Counted from the stretch's first letter, positions 16,711 through 25,016 are shown. The stretch is DNA of 64,000 nucleotides from a virus (IMGVR_UViG_3300042922_000286:1-64000); one strand, 5' to 3'. A program made the numbers and translations. The notes: generated by a model not told the origin, from the sequence alone.

Positions 16711-19067
16711 GCTGCGTCCTCCTGTTCTTCATCGTCCTCATCGTCATCATCGAAGTCGGAGCCTTCACCGCTAATTTTCTTGGTGGCTTGGCGAACGAGG
16801 TAGAGTTCCTCTAAGTCCTCGTTCTTCATCCTCTGGCCCCACTTCGCGCCTACCTCGATGTCGGACTTCAAGCCACAGTCAAGCGGGAGGGCGTTACACA
16901 TAACATCAGCGATCCGCTTGAGTGCATCTATGCCAATACCTTCGGGTACGTCATATATGATCTCGTCGTGCACCCACAGTACGATACGAACATCCAGCTC
17001 TTTGAGCAGTGGTTGCAATTGAACCGAGGCGATCTTAACCATGTCAGCCGAGGAGCCTTGGATAACCGCATTGATCCCTTGACGGAACCCGCGCTGCACC
17101 TTCCAGAACTCTTCTGCTTTCATTTCTTCGTATACTCGCCGCTTACGGCCCAACATCGTCTCGGTGAAGTGGCCTTTCTGCATCTTGAAGCGTTGCTGCT
17201 GCATCCACCGCTGAACGCCCGGGTATTGAGCGAAGTAAGCGTCGATATACTCTTGCGCTTCGTCTACCGTGATTTCTAGCGTTTCTGCCAGCTTGTACTT
17301 GCTCATGCCGTAGATGATACCGAAGTTGATAACCTTCGCGTCTTTACGGGTCTTCTCCGCGTAGATGCCGCGCTTAACATGATCTTTAAGCTCATCAGCG
17401 TCCTTAGTACGGATATCGCCCGCCTCGAAGTGCTTGTCGATATACTCAGCATCGTGGAGCTTCTCTTCAACAAGCTTTCCGTCTTGGTCGAGGAACAAGT
17501 CCTTCATGCCGCGGTAATACTCGAAGTCCCCGTAGTTGCAAGCCCATTCAGGGAACTTGGCATTGAACATCCCACTCGCCGTCAAACTGTGGATGTCCAG
17601 ACCGTCCCGGTAAGCGTTCAACAGCACCTCGTCCTGTGATACGTGAGCAAGTACCCGAAGCTCCTGCTGAGAGAAGTCAATGGAGGCCAGTAAGCGTCCC
17701 GAATCGCTGATAAACGCATTACGAATCAGCCCGCCGACCTTCGCCGGGATTTGTTGCAGGTTCGGGGAGTTTGAGGACATGCGCCCTGTTTTTGTGCCGA
17801 CCGAATTGAAGGATGTATGGATACGCCCCTCAACTACCGCTTTGGGAAGCTTATCGGCAAATGCAGTGGTCAGCTTGTTCTTCTCACTGTACTCAATCAT
17901 CAGGTCGATAACCTTGTGGTGTTTGCGCAGCTTCTTCATGGTCTTCTTATCCGTCGAGTTCGGCTTCTCTTCGTTTACTCTAGGAAGCCCTAGCTTGACG
18001 TATAAAGCCTCTGCCTTCTGAGCAGGTGCATTGAGATTAATAACCCCTGTGTAAGCCCATATCTGCTGCCTGAGGCGTTCCAGATCGGCATGTAGCTCGA
18101 CTGCGACCTTGTTGACTAGGTAATTCTCATCCAAAGCAACTCCGTGCGCTTCTGCGTCGATTACGATGTGTAGGAATGGCATCTCAATGTCAAACATTAA
18201 GTAGTGAAGAACACTCAGCTTCGGATTCGACAGATGCTTCATCTGGAACTCGTAAAGCTTGTAGGTCAGTTCTGTATCGTACGTTGCGTAGTAACCCGCC
18301 AAACTGCCGAGGCGCGTCACAGGATCGTACAGAACAGGCACCTTGTCGAATGTAGTCTTGCCGAAGAGTGAGCCGAACTTCTCAGCCTCAACCTTGAGAT
18401 AGATCGGAGCAATATCCTTGAGCCGCGCCGACTTATTCTCATCAAGCAGTTTGCAAGCAACCATCGTATCGAAGAACCATTCGATGAAGATGCCTAGCCA
18501 ATTGCGTATGACGTGACTATCGAACTTGCAGTTATGACCGAGGAACTTCTTGCTCCTGTCTTCTAGCAGAGGTTTCAGCTTCTTGATCACAAGCTCCTTA
18601 GGTAAGCACTTTACATAGTCGTGACCGATGAGGGCATCCCGAACCCTGTTGCCCTCAGCATCGTACACGTCACTCGGGATAAGTGAATCGTCATCGATGT
18701 TGTCCTTATGCTTCAACGGGATGTAGTAGCCGCGGTGTGGGGCATAGAACGAGATGCCAACGATTTCATCCTTCCATGCATGTAAGCCCATCGTCTCTGT
18801 ATCGACGGCAAGTACGGGCTGCTGCCATAGCCACTCCATGCACTCATCGAGTTGTTCGGGTGTCCATACCATGAAGTAGTGTTCGGGAAGCTTTGTCTGC
18901 GCCGCCATCGCATGAATTTGAGTTTCCTTCTTGGTCATCTTCTTAGCTGACTTAGGCTTCTTCTCCTTGACTACTTCCTCAGACTTCTTACGCCGCCGCG
19001 TTTTCTTTTCCTCAGCACCGTCAAGATTCAGTTCGACCTTCTTCCTTGGCATTGGCTTCGCCTCCAA
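16707..19067 (-). CDS. Family A DNA polymerase (Pol I-like) with a 3'-5' exonuclease domain and an acidic C-terminal tail.
   Basis: Exo I (VDTETMGLH), motif A (LASIDFSQQELRVLAH), motif B (RKDAKVINFGIIYGMS), motif C (VHDEIIYDV), and an acidic DDDDEDDEE tail. Confidence 0.9.
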   Translation of the reverse strand: MEAKPMPRKKVELNLDGAEEKKTRRRKKSEEVVKEKKPKSAKKMTKKETQIHAMAAQTKLPEHYFMVWTPEQLDECMEWLWQQPVLAVDTETMGLHAWKDEIVGISFYAPHRGYYIPLKHKDNIDDDSLIPSDVYDAEGNRVRDALIGHDYVKCLPKELVIKKLKPLLEDRSKKFLGHNCKFDSHVIRNWLGIFIEWFFDTMVACKLLDENKSARLKDIAPIYLKVEAEKFGSLFGKTTFDKVPVLYDPVTRLGSLAGYYATYDTELTYKLYEFQMKHLSNPKLSVLHYLMFDIEMPFLHIVIDAEAHGVALDENYLVNKVAVELHADLERLRQQIWAYTGVINLNAPAQKAEALYVKLGLPRVNEEKPNSTDKKTMKKLRKHHKVIDLMIEYSEKNKLTTAFADKLPKAVVEGRIHTSFNSVGTKTGRMSSNSPNLQQIPAKVGGLIRNAFISDSGRLLASIDFSQQELRVLAHVSQDEVLLNAYRDGLDIHSLTASGMFNAKFPEWACNYGDFEYYRGMKDLFLDQDGKLVEEKLHDAEYIDKHFEAGDIRTKDADELKDHVKRGIYAEKTRKDAKVINFGIIYGMSKYKLAETLEITVDEAQEYIDAYFAQYPGVQRWMQQQRFKMQKGHFTETMLGRKRRVYEEMKAEEFWKVQRGFRQGINAVIQGSSADMVKIASVQLQPLLKELDVRIVLWVHDEIIYDVPEGIGIDALKRIADVMCNALPLDCGLKSDIEVGAKWGQRMKNEDLEELYLVRQATKKISGEGSDFDDDDEDDEEQEDAA

Positions 19068-19314
19068 TTCCTATAACTCTCAGAAGGTGGGCGGCATCAA
19101 AGCCTTCCATCTCATTGAGGTACTGCACTAGCGGCGAGTCATCCGTAATGGCAACGTAGGGAACGATGCGCTCTGCTCCACTCTTGTTGCCTACAGCTAT
19201 CCTAGCATTACGCTCGGACGTGTAAGCCTTCGGTTGCCGCCGCTTGTTACGCCAATAAGCAGCACCAGTAACGATCAATTCATCTTTGCTATCGTGCAGG
19301 ACGTATACAATCAT
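19021..19314 (-). CDS. Hypothetical protein.
   Basis: ORF in operon context. Confidence 0.3.
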   Translation of the reverse strand: MIVYVLHDSKDELIVTGAAYWRNKRRQPKAYTSERNARIAVGNKSGAERIVPYVAITDDSPLVQYLNEMEGFDAAHLLRVIGIGGEANAKEEGRTES

Positions 19315-19754
19315 CGGGATTCCTCGTGCGTTTCCTGTTTCAAGCTCTCGAACTCCGACAGCAACTCGCGGAGCGTATCGTCTTGTTCTGCGAACATACG
19401 GTACACCTGCTCCGTCTGCAACTGTTTCAAGCGGGCATCCATTTTCTTCTTCAACGCCGCCAGCTTTGCATCGCGCTCGATGCGGTCGTTGTGGGCTTTC
19501 ATATCCACCTTGTCAATGACCCACTTGGTAGCTTTGGACGGAGAAGTGTGTGCCGCCGCGCTCAGACCAATGATCTTATTGCCATCCGACAGGTAGCCTT
19601 TGATCTCTCTAACCTCCGCTACTTGAAGGCTTCCCGCTGAGTCGACAACTACTACATCGCCCTTAGCTACCCCGAGTTCTTCAGCACATTTGAAGTCATA
19701 GAGGGTGCCATAAGAACCGATAAATTTTACAGCTACAACTTTGATTTTGGACAC
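19311..19754 (-). CDS. Hypothetical protein; first gene after promoter element copy 3.
   Basis: GTG start at 19754 with RBS GAGGTAA, 26 nt downstream of the core. Confidence 0.4.
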   Translation of the reverse strand: MSKIKVVAVKFIGSYGTLYDFKCAEELGVAKGDVVVVDSAGSLQVAEVREIKGYLSDGNKIIGLSAAAHTSPSKATKWVIDKVDMKAHNDRIERDAKLAALKKKMDARLKQLQTEQVYRMFAEQDDTLRELLSEFESLKQETHEESR

Positions 19755-19780
19755 TGGTCATTACCTCGCTTTGATTTAAT

Positions 19781-19824
19781 TTGCTTACACTGAACCTATA
19801 CGCGACCAGATCAGACCAGTTAAG
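19781..19824 (-). promoter_or_regulatory. Conserved bipartite promoter-like element, copy 3 (CTTAACT-N15-CGTATAGGTTCAGTGTAAGCAA).
   Basis: Core at 19781-19802 and box AGTTAAG at 19818-19824 with a 15-nt spacer. Confidence 0.5.
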
Positions 19825-19830
19825 GTTTGG

Positions 19831-19876
19831 AAAAAAAGAAAAAAGCGCCCTCTCGGGAGCGCCTTATTTTTCTTTG
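19831..19876. terminator. Bidirectional rho-independent terminator (A-run, GC hairpin GCGCCCTCTCGGGAGCGCC, T-run).
   Basis: GC-rich hairpin at 19845-19863 flanked by 14 A and TTATTTTTCTTT. It terminates the SPFH unit on the minus strand. Confidence 0.6.
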
Positions 19877-19884
19877 GTATGGCA

Positions 19885-20751
19885 TTATTTCTGCGCGGCA
19901 GGGAGTTGGAGCATAGGAGTTGCGCCACCCTGAACTTGAGGCAACTGCCCATTCCACTTCTTCGCAATTTCCATCTGGATAAGCTCTTGTGTCACAGCTT
20001 GTCTACGCAATTCGTTCGACTTAGCTTCGGCTTCCGCCTCAATCAAAGCAGCGTCGGCCCGGCCCTTTGCCTCTTCACGTTGACGATCAGCAATAACCTT
20101 TGACTTCTCAAGCTCGACCTTTTCCTGTTCGAGTTTCTGCTGCGCGTCAACCTTGGCTTGAATGGCCGCGGAAGTCTGCTCATCAGGGGCAGGTGGTTGG
20201 AACGTTACAGATTCGATAACAAACCCAACATCTGCAACATCTGACGCGAACCCTTGCTGAATTGCCAATGTGATCTCTTGGCTCTTTTCTCCAAGCACTT
20301 CCATGACCGTATACTTTGTGGTAACGTTCTTTGCCGCCTCAGTCAGTCGTTGTTTCAAGAACCCATCTTCCAGAGTCTTGGCGGACTGGCCACGGAACTT
20401 GTTGAAGATTGCAGGAAGCTTCTGAACATCGATGTGATAGTTATACGAGAATGTAGTAAATATCGGTTTGCCGTCACTGGTACCCACTTTAACGTCAGCA
20501 TAGCTCACCGTTTCAGTAGCAATCGGATATTCCGTTACACGTTTCATCGGGGATACCCAATGCCAGCCTTGGCTCAAGGTTTGGTCTTCCAAACCGCCAT
20601 TTCTATTGTACACTACGCCAGCATGGCCCGCGCCGATAGTTGTAACAAAGAATGCCAGAAGGATCAGCCCTGTTACGATAGTAATACCAATGGATGCAGC
20701 ACCAATAGCAAACCTACTTAACCCGTACGTGTTTCTTCTCATCTTGTGCAT
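19885..20751 (-). CDS. SPFH/band-7 (prohibitin/HflKC-like) membrane protein.
   Basis: N-terminal TM helix, then an SPFH domain (GHAGVVYNRNGG...QGWHWVSP...), then a charged coiled-coil tail. Start chosen at the ATG at 20751 with RBS AAGGGGGAAA; the ORF track extends to 20823. Confidence 0.7.
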   Translation of the reverse strand: MHKMRRNTYGLSRFAIGAASIGITIVTGLILLAFFVTTIGAGHAGVVYNRNGGLEDQTLSQGWHWVSPMKRVTEYPIATETVSYADVKVGTSDGKPIFTTFSYNYHIDVQKLPAIFNKFRGQSAKTLEDGFLKQRLTEAAKNVTTKYTVMEVLGEKSQEITLAIQQGFASDVADVGFVIESVTFQPPAPDEQTSAAIQAKVDAQQKLEQEKVELEKSKVIADRQREEAKGRADAALIEAEAEAKSNELRRQAVTQELIQMEIAKKWNGQLPQVQGGATPMLQLPAAQK

Positions 20752-20896
20752 TTTCCCCCTTGTTCTTAAAGAACTCAATTTTTGTTTGAATCTTACTACC
20801 GAGCCAGTTGTAGATTGGAGCAAGGAACACCCACAGAGCGAACACTGCTATCAACAATAATATAAGTCCACCAATTAGTGGTAACATCGTCGTCAC
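20714..20896 (-). CDS. Small membrane protein, possibly an NfeD-like partner of the SPFH protein.
   Basis: 60 aa with two hydrophobic helices and RBS AAAAGGAGTGA. It overlaps the SPFH start by 38 nt. Confidence 0.45.
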   Translation of the reverse strand: MTTMLPLIGGLILLLIAVFALWVFLAPIYNWLGSKIQTKIEFFKNKGENAQDEKKHVRVK

Positions 20897-21119
20897 TCCT
20901 TTTGTGTCTAGTTAATCTGTGGGCGGCAGCCTTTCACTGCCGCACGTCACTATTGCCAACTTGCCAGTTGGCGAGGAATCGGGGTGTATAGCCTAGAGGT
21001 TCAGCACACCCCTACGTTTGGTGCCCTTTTCCAATGTGACAGGATACAGCGCGGAACCTCTCGCTGATTCGTCGGCAATCCTAGCGTCTATCTTCCGCCA
21101 CCACAGCTTTAACTTAGAC

Positions 21120-21704
21120 TCAGAACGGGTACTTGTCTTCGCCCGTTTCTTCGCCTTCACCTGTTTCTTCACTGTCGTTGTTATCTACGCTGCCACCAGC
21201 CATCAGTTCGAGGATCTCATCCTTGGACTTCAAGGCTACCATTTCCTCGATGTCAGGCAGTTCGTAATCATCGAAGTTGACTGCGGACGGATCGCGTGGG
21301 AAGAACTGGTATGTGGTGTCCAGCTTATCCCCTTGACGGAAGATTTTGAAGTCCCGGGCACGGAGGTCGCCGTACTCATCCAATAGACCGAGCAATTGGA
21401 CGCCGACTTTCTTCGATGCCTTGAAAATCTTCACCTTGTTGTCATCGCGATCAAGTACCGCGATATACGACTTGAAGGATGCTTTCTTACCTGCTTTGCA
21501 CAGTGGGCAGTCCTGCTTACCCAAGCAGGTTACGGTCTTCCAGCCGCCCGCCAGTTGCTCGACGTGTTCCCATACGCTGATAATCTCATCAGGCGGGGTC
21601 AAGATACGAATGACCTTCGATTCTCCGTTCTTGATTTTGAGGTTGTGTACAGACCCCTCATTTGCTTCTTTGATTGCTCCTAAACCTTTTCCCATGTACG
21701 CCAT
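21120..21704 (-). CDS. Single-stranded DNA-binding protein, T4 gp32-like, with a zinc-binding motif.
   Basis: H-x12-C-x5-C-x2-C (EHV...TCLGKQDCPLC) resembles the gp32 Zn site. There is an acidic C-terminal tail (DSEETGEGEETGEDKYPF). Confidence 0.55.
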   Translation of the reverse strand: MAYMGKGLGAIKEANEGSVHNLKIKNGESKVIRILTPPDEIISVWEHVEQLAGGWKTVTCLGKQDCPLCKAGKKASFKSYIAVLDRDDNKVKIFKASKKVGVQLLGLLDEYGDLRARDFKIFRQGDKLDTTYQFFPRDPSAVNFDDYELPDIEEMVALKSKDEILELMAGGSVDNNDSEETGEGEETGEDKYPF

Positions 21705-21750
21705 GTTCTCATTTCCCCTTTGCGAGTGTGTTAGTTGTACAGGCGTTATC

Positions 21751-21795
21751 GCCTTACACTGAACCTATACGACAAGGGTAGGGGTGAGTTTAGGG
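21751..21795 (-). promoter_or_regulatory. Conserved bipartite promoter-like element, copy 4 (CCCTAAACT-N15-CGTATAGGTTCAGTGTAAGGC).
   Basis: Core at 21751-21771 and box AGTTTAG at 21787-21793 with a 15-nt spacer. Confidence 0.5.
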
Positions 21796-21819
21796 CGTCT
21801 GTGGAAGCTTTCAGGCAAA

Positions 21820-21852
21820 ATAAAAAACCCCCTGATTCAGCATCAGGGGGAG
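21820..21852 (-). terminator. Terminator after gene 21858..22055 (hairpin CCCCCTGAT-loop-ATCAGGGGG).
   Basis: 9-bp stem at 21828-21836 and 21842-21850, with AAAATAAAAAA on plus giving the U-run on the minus transcript. Confidence 0.6.
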
Positions 21853-21857
21853 TTGAT

Positions 21858-22055
21858 TTATAGCTGTATGTTTATCTTATTATTGCATGACCTACACCTT
21901 ATAGTTAGTACTCCGCTGTAGTCCGAGTAGGTTACGTCAAACCCCTCGATTTCATGAATAGGGAACGTAATAAGTCCCTTAGTTGTAGAGAGAGCGCTTT
22001 CGCCCACAGCCTCAACGATACCTATACTGTTGCATGAACAAATCAACCTCACCAT
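21858..22055 (-). CDS. Hypothetical small protein.
   Basis: ORF between the sigma gene and the terminator. Confidence 0.3.
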   Translation of the reverse strand: MVRLICSCNSIGIVEAVGESALSTTKGLITFPIHEIEGFDVTYSDYSGVLTIRCRSCNNKINIQL

Positions 22056-22068
22056 GAGAGTGTTCGCC

Positions 22069-22632
22069 TCACATCTGGTTATATTTGGACTTGATCTTCG
22101 ACCATATCTGTGACATTCGGGACTTAGTTACACCAATCACCTTGGCGATCTCGACAAACTCGTAACCTTCCACATATAACTGGAAGATTTGCTTCTCCCG
22201 GTCTGTCAGCCCCATATTGTTCATGACATCCATCATGACTTCGGCGTTCTGATAACCGTAGTCAATAGAGCCGACTTGAAGCGTAGATCGCTCGTCACTA
22301 CCGAGCTCACTTGGGTCATAATTAACTACGATCTCGTCAGCATTTACTACCATGAGATTCTTGCCACTTCCGCACTTGCGCAGGCAGTCACGGATCATAT
22401 TCTCGATAACGTGGTCAACGTAAGTGCTCATTCTACTCGTCTCGCTATTGTAGAGATCAAGCGATCGATATACCTTGAAGACAGTTTCTTGTACAACGTC
22501 CTCAGTGTCCATTCCTGCGAAGCGCTTAGAGCCGATCTTCGCCGCAGTGTGTTTTTGCACTTTTTCTAGGAACAGGTCCATGTCGCCCGTAGCGAACAGT
22601 TCGTCATAGGTCATTGTCGTATTCATTGTCAA
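22069..22632 (-). CDS. Small phage-encoded sigma factor (ECF-like/group 4 sigma-70 family).
   Basis: Region 2 (DVVQETVFKVYRSLDLYN...YVDHVIENMIRDCLRK) and a region 4 HTH (REKQIFQLYVEGYEFVEIAKVIGVTKSRMSQIW). Confidence 0.65.
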   Translation of the reverse strand: MTMNTTMTYDELFATGDMDLFLEKVQKHTAAKIGSKRFAGMDTEDVVQETVFKVYRSLDLYNSETSRMSTYVDHVIENMIRDCLRKCGSGKNLMVVNADEIVVNYDPSELGSDERSTLQVGSIDYGYQNAEVMMDVMNNMGLTDREKQIFQLYVEGYEFVEIAKVIGVTKSRMSQIWSKIKSKYNQM

Positions 22633-22657
22633 GGTTTCCTCCCCAATATTCGCAGCA

Positions 22658-23752
22658 TCACTTGCTTAGTTTAGGTCTTTTCAGTTCTTCTATAACACTA
22701 TTAGGAACCTGACTCCTAAAGGTTAAGAATGGTACGACCTTGATCTTCTTCATCATTTTGAATTTCAGAAGATCATTGGCATCTTTATAGGGGAGTTCCT
22801 CTGTATCTACGGTGTCGATGCCCCAATGTCCACCCGGGTACATAACCACATTCACCTTGATCGGCGTCTTGGATAAAAGTTCGTACGTCTTGAGCGTACA
22901 ATCAACCCCCGCCTTGTCGTTATCGAAGAAGAGGTTGACGGTTTTAATCCCGGCCAGTAGGAACTCTCGAAGCTGTTCTTCGAAGAGAATCCGTCCAAGA
23001 ATAGCTACGGCGGGCAACCCTGACTCGTAACAAGACATCGTATCGGTTTCCGACTCGTTCACGAATACTTCGGTTATCTTATATGGGCTTTGTGAGAGGT
23101 AGTACAGCCCATACAGGATATCCTTCTTGTATATGTTCTTCTCGTTGAGGAAGGATTTCGTCAAGACGTTCCTTCTCTTGATGAAGCGAACCAGCCCTTT
23201 ACTCGTTCTGACCGGGAACGTAATGGAATTGGATTGCTCATCGTACCCGATCTCGTATTTACGTAAGGTGCGATCACTGAATCCGCGACTGGTAATATAT
23301 GAATGCTTCTTGCTTGTGTACTTTGTCACCTCGGATTCAGGTAAAGACCGTTTCCTGTCCAGCTTGTTCCCCCCATCAATGATACTACGTATGTCCAACT
23401 TTTTTCTGTCTTTTACGGACAGCACGATGTAGTGTTTTTGAATGTAGTGTAGACCGTGAATCTCTGACGGTAGCTCCATGACGTGAGCGATTAGCTTGCC
23501 GAGACTTCCTGACTCACCGCACCCAAAACAGTTGAACGTATACGGGTACTGTGTGAGGATACCGAAGGACGGCGATTCCTCTTCGTGGTACGGACAGCAG
23601 CACATTATGTTCTCACCTTTGTTTGATGTCTTGTCAAAGGCGCTAACATTATACAGCACTTGTTTGCCCGATCTCCACGACAACATTAAGTCGTCAAGCA
23701 TCTCTTCTACGTCAATATGTACCGCCGAAAGTATATCCGACAATTCCCACAC
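22658..23752 (-). CDS. DNA primase (DnaG-like: CHC2 zinc finger plus TOPRIM).
   Basis: CCPYHEEESPSF...CFGCGESGS zinc-binding domain; TOPRIM EV..ESETDTMSC...FFDNDKAG. The start is uncertain (GTG at 23752 or TTG at 23743). Confidence 0.8.
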   Translation of the reverse strand: MWELSDILSAVHIDVEEMLDDLMLSWRSGKQVLYNVSAFDKTSNKGENIMCCCPYHEEESPSFGILTQYPYTFNCFGCGESGSLGKLIAHVMELPSEIHGLHYIQKHYIVLSVKDRKKLDIRSIIDGGNKLDRKRSLPESEVTKYTSKKHSYITSRGFSDRTLRKYEIGYDEQSNSITFPVRTSKGLVRFIKRRNVLTKSFLNEKNIYKKDILYGLYYLSQSPYKITEVFVNESETDTMSCYESGLPAVAILGRILFEEQLREFLLAGIKTVNLFFDNDKAGVDCTLKTYELLSKTPIKVNVVMYPGGHWGIDTVDTEELPYKDANDLLKFKMMKKIKVVPFLTFRSQVPNSVIEELKRPKLSK

Positions 23753-23800
23753 CCCTTAGTAAAAGAATACGTGTAACCTACGTGTGTAGGGGGTGCTTGC

Positions 23801-23829
23801 TTGACAAATATAGCACCCTGTTCATAATC
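23801..23829 (+). promoter_or_regulatory. Consensus sigma-A-type promoter on the plus strand (TTGACA-N17-CATAAT), facing the minus-strand promoter and antisense to upstream genes.
   Basis: TTGACA at 23801-23806, a 17-nt spacer and CATAAT at 23824-23829. The two TTGACA boxes form an inverted repeat, TTGACA..N24..TGTCAA. Confidence 0.5.
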
Positions 23830-23836
23830 CTGTCAA
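23807..23836 (-). promoter_or_regulatory. Sigma-A-type promoter on the minus strand (TTGACA-N18-TATATT) driving the primase-sigma operon; candidate early promoter.
   Basis: On the minus strand TTGACA is at 23836-23831 and TATATT at 23812-23807. Confidence 0.55.
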
Positions 23837-23908
23837 TAAATTATTTCGACACAAAGTAATGCCAAATACCTATGCTGTGTCGAATGATACTAACTAGACT
23901 ATTAATAA

Positions 23909-23953
23909 CCCCTACACTAACCATATACGATAGGTACTACCATAAGTTTAGGG
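23909..23953 (-). promoter_or_regulatory. Conserved bipartite promoter-like element, copy 5 (CCCTAAACT-N15-CGTATATGGTTAGTGTAGGGG).
   Basis: Core at 23909-23929 and box AGTTTAG at 23945-23951 with a 15-nt spacer. The spacer contains GGTAGTACC. Confidence 0.45.
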
Positions 23954-23969
23954 CAGGGGTTAAATTATT

Positions 23970-25016
23970 TTAGTTATGTTTCAACTTATTGTACTCCTGA
24001 ATGATAGCGTATTCCTCAGCCGTAACTGTGCGCACCTTGTTGATATGTTCCCACTTACATGTGTCAGTAAACTGATAGCGGAAGTGTTCACCGAATATAG
24101 GGATGTTCGCTTCGATCTGATTGGCAAGTTGCTCCATACCTGCGCGAAGCTCAGGGTTGGCTTTGGTCAACTTTGATCTGCGGAAGTACACATATCGCAA
24201 CTCATGTAAGTCGATCTTCCACAGCGCCGCGCCCGGGTGACCTAAATTAACGAGTCCGCGGAATACATCCTTACGTAATCCGTTCTTCTCACTCATGTCA
24301 GCGTACTTCTCAAGAACATAACCAAACGGAGTGTACTTGAACTTGTCATCCCCTACGAAAATAGCATCAGGGAATCCCCATTCCTCAGGGGAAGCTGTAC
24401 GGACACCGCCCGCCCAATCAACGTACTCCAATGAGCCTTTCTGTAGCATCTTATTAAAGCCATCGAATGTGATGATCTTTCCCTCATACCATTCAGATAC
24501 CTCAGGCTCACTGATCTCGGCAAGGCGGGTTGAGAAGCGAGTGATACGGTTATTGAAGCGTTGTGCGTGAGCATCAAGATCATCTTGCGCCCCACGATGC
24601 AGGCCATCTGTGAAGAAGCTGATGTCGATATACTTCATTAATGTGTGGTGATCGAACTCGACCATAGCATTGTTCTTCGTCATCCCGAGCAGTCGCTTGA
24701 ACTCTGCAATATCCTCGTTATAAATACCTTTGATCTTCGGATGGCTGTTAGTCACACCAGCGAAAATACCAAGGGCAGCAAGCTTATTGCGGTACTCTCC
24801 ATTTTGCGCTAGGAACCCGTTCTTGTCGGTGCAAACATACACAAGGTCTTGAATATGCTGTGCCTTCTCCCAAGAATAATACTTGGACTGTGACATCCGT
24901 AGGCTCATGATTGCTTCTTCATACCCACTTACTTTATATAGATGAAATTGCATTGCTGAGTTCCCCCTTGTTCTGTTCGTGTTTTGATTATAATATGCGA
25001 ACATCTGTTCGTGCAA
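23970..25016 (-). CDS. Hypothetical 348-aa protein with no recognisable catalytic motif.
   Basis: Long ORF. A thymidylate-synthase (ThyX) relationship was considered but the RHR..S motif is absent. Confidence 0.4.
   Translation of the reverse strand: MHEQMFAYYNQNTNRTRGNSAMQFHLYKVSGYEEAIMSLRMSQSKYYSWEKAQHIQDLVYVCTDKNGFLAQNGEYRNKLAALGIFAGVTNSHPKIKGIYNEDIAEFKRLLGMTKNNAMVEFDHHTLMKYIDISFFTDGLHRGAQDDLDAHAQRFNNRITRFSTRLAEISEPEVSEWYEGKIITFDGFNKMLQKGSLEYVDWAGGVRTASPEEWGFPDAIFVGDDKFKYTPFGYVLEKYADMSEKNGLRKDVFRGLVNLGHPGAALWKIDLHELRYVYFRRSKLTKANPELRAGMEQLANQIEANIPIFGEHFRYQFTDTCKWEHINKVRTVTAEEYAIIQEYNKLKHN

Noticed and set aside
20984-21045. Possible tRNA in the 223-nt gap (GGTTCAGCACACC resembles a T-arm).
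   Set aside because: No 7-bp acceptor stem, D-arm or anticodon stem-loop can be formed around it, and the T-loop does not fit TTCRANY.
23970-25016. Flavin-dependent thymidylate synthase (ThyX) assignment for the 348-aa early protein.
   Set aside because: The RHR-x7-S ThyX signature is absent and no other catalytic motif was recognised. It is left as hypothetical.
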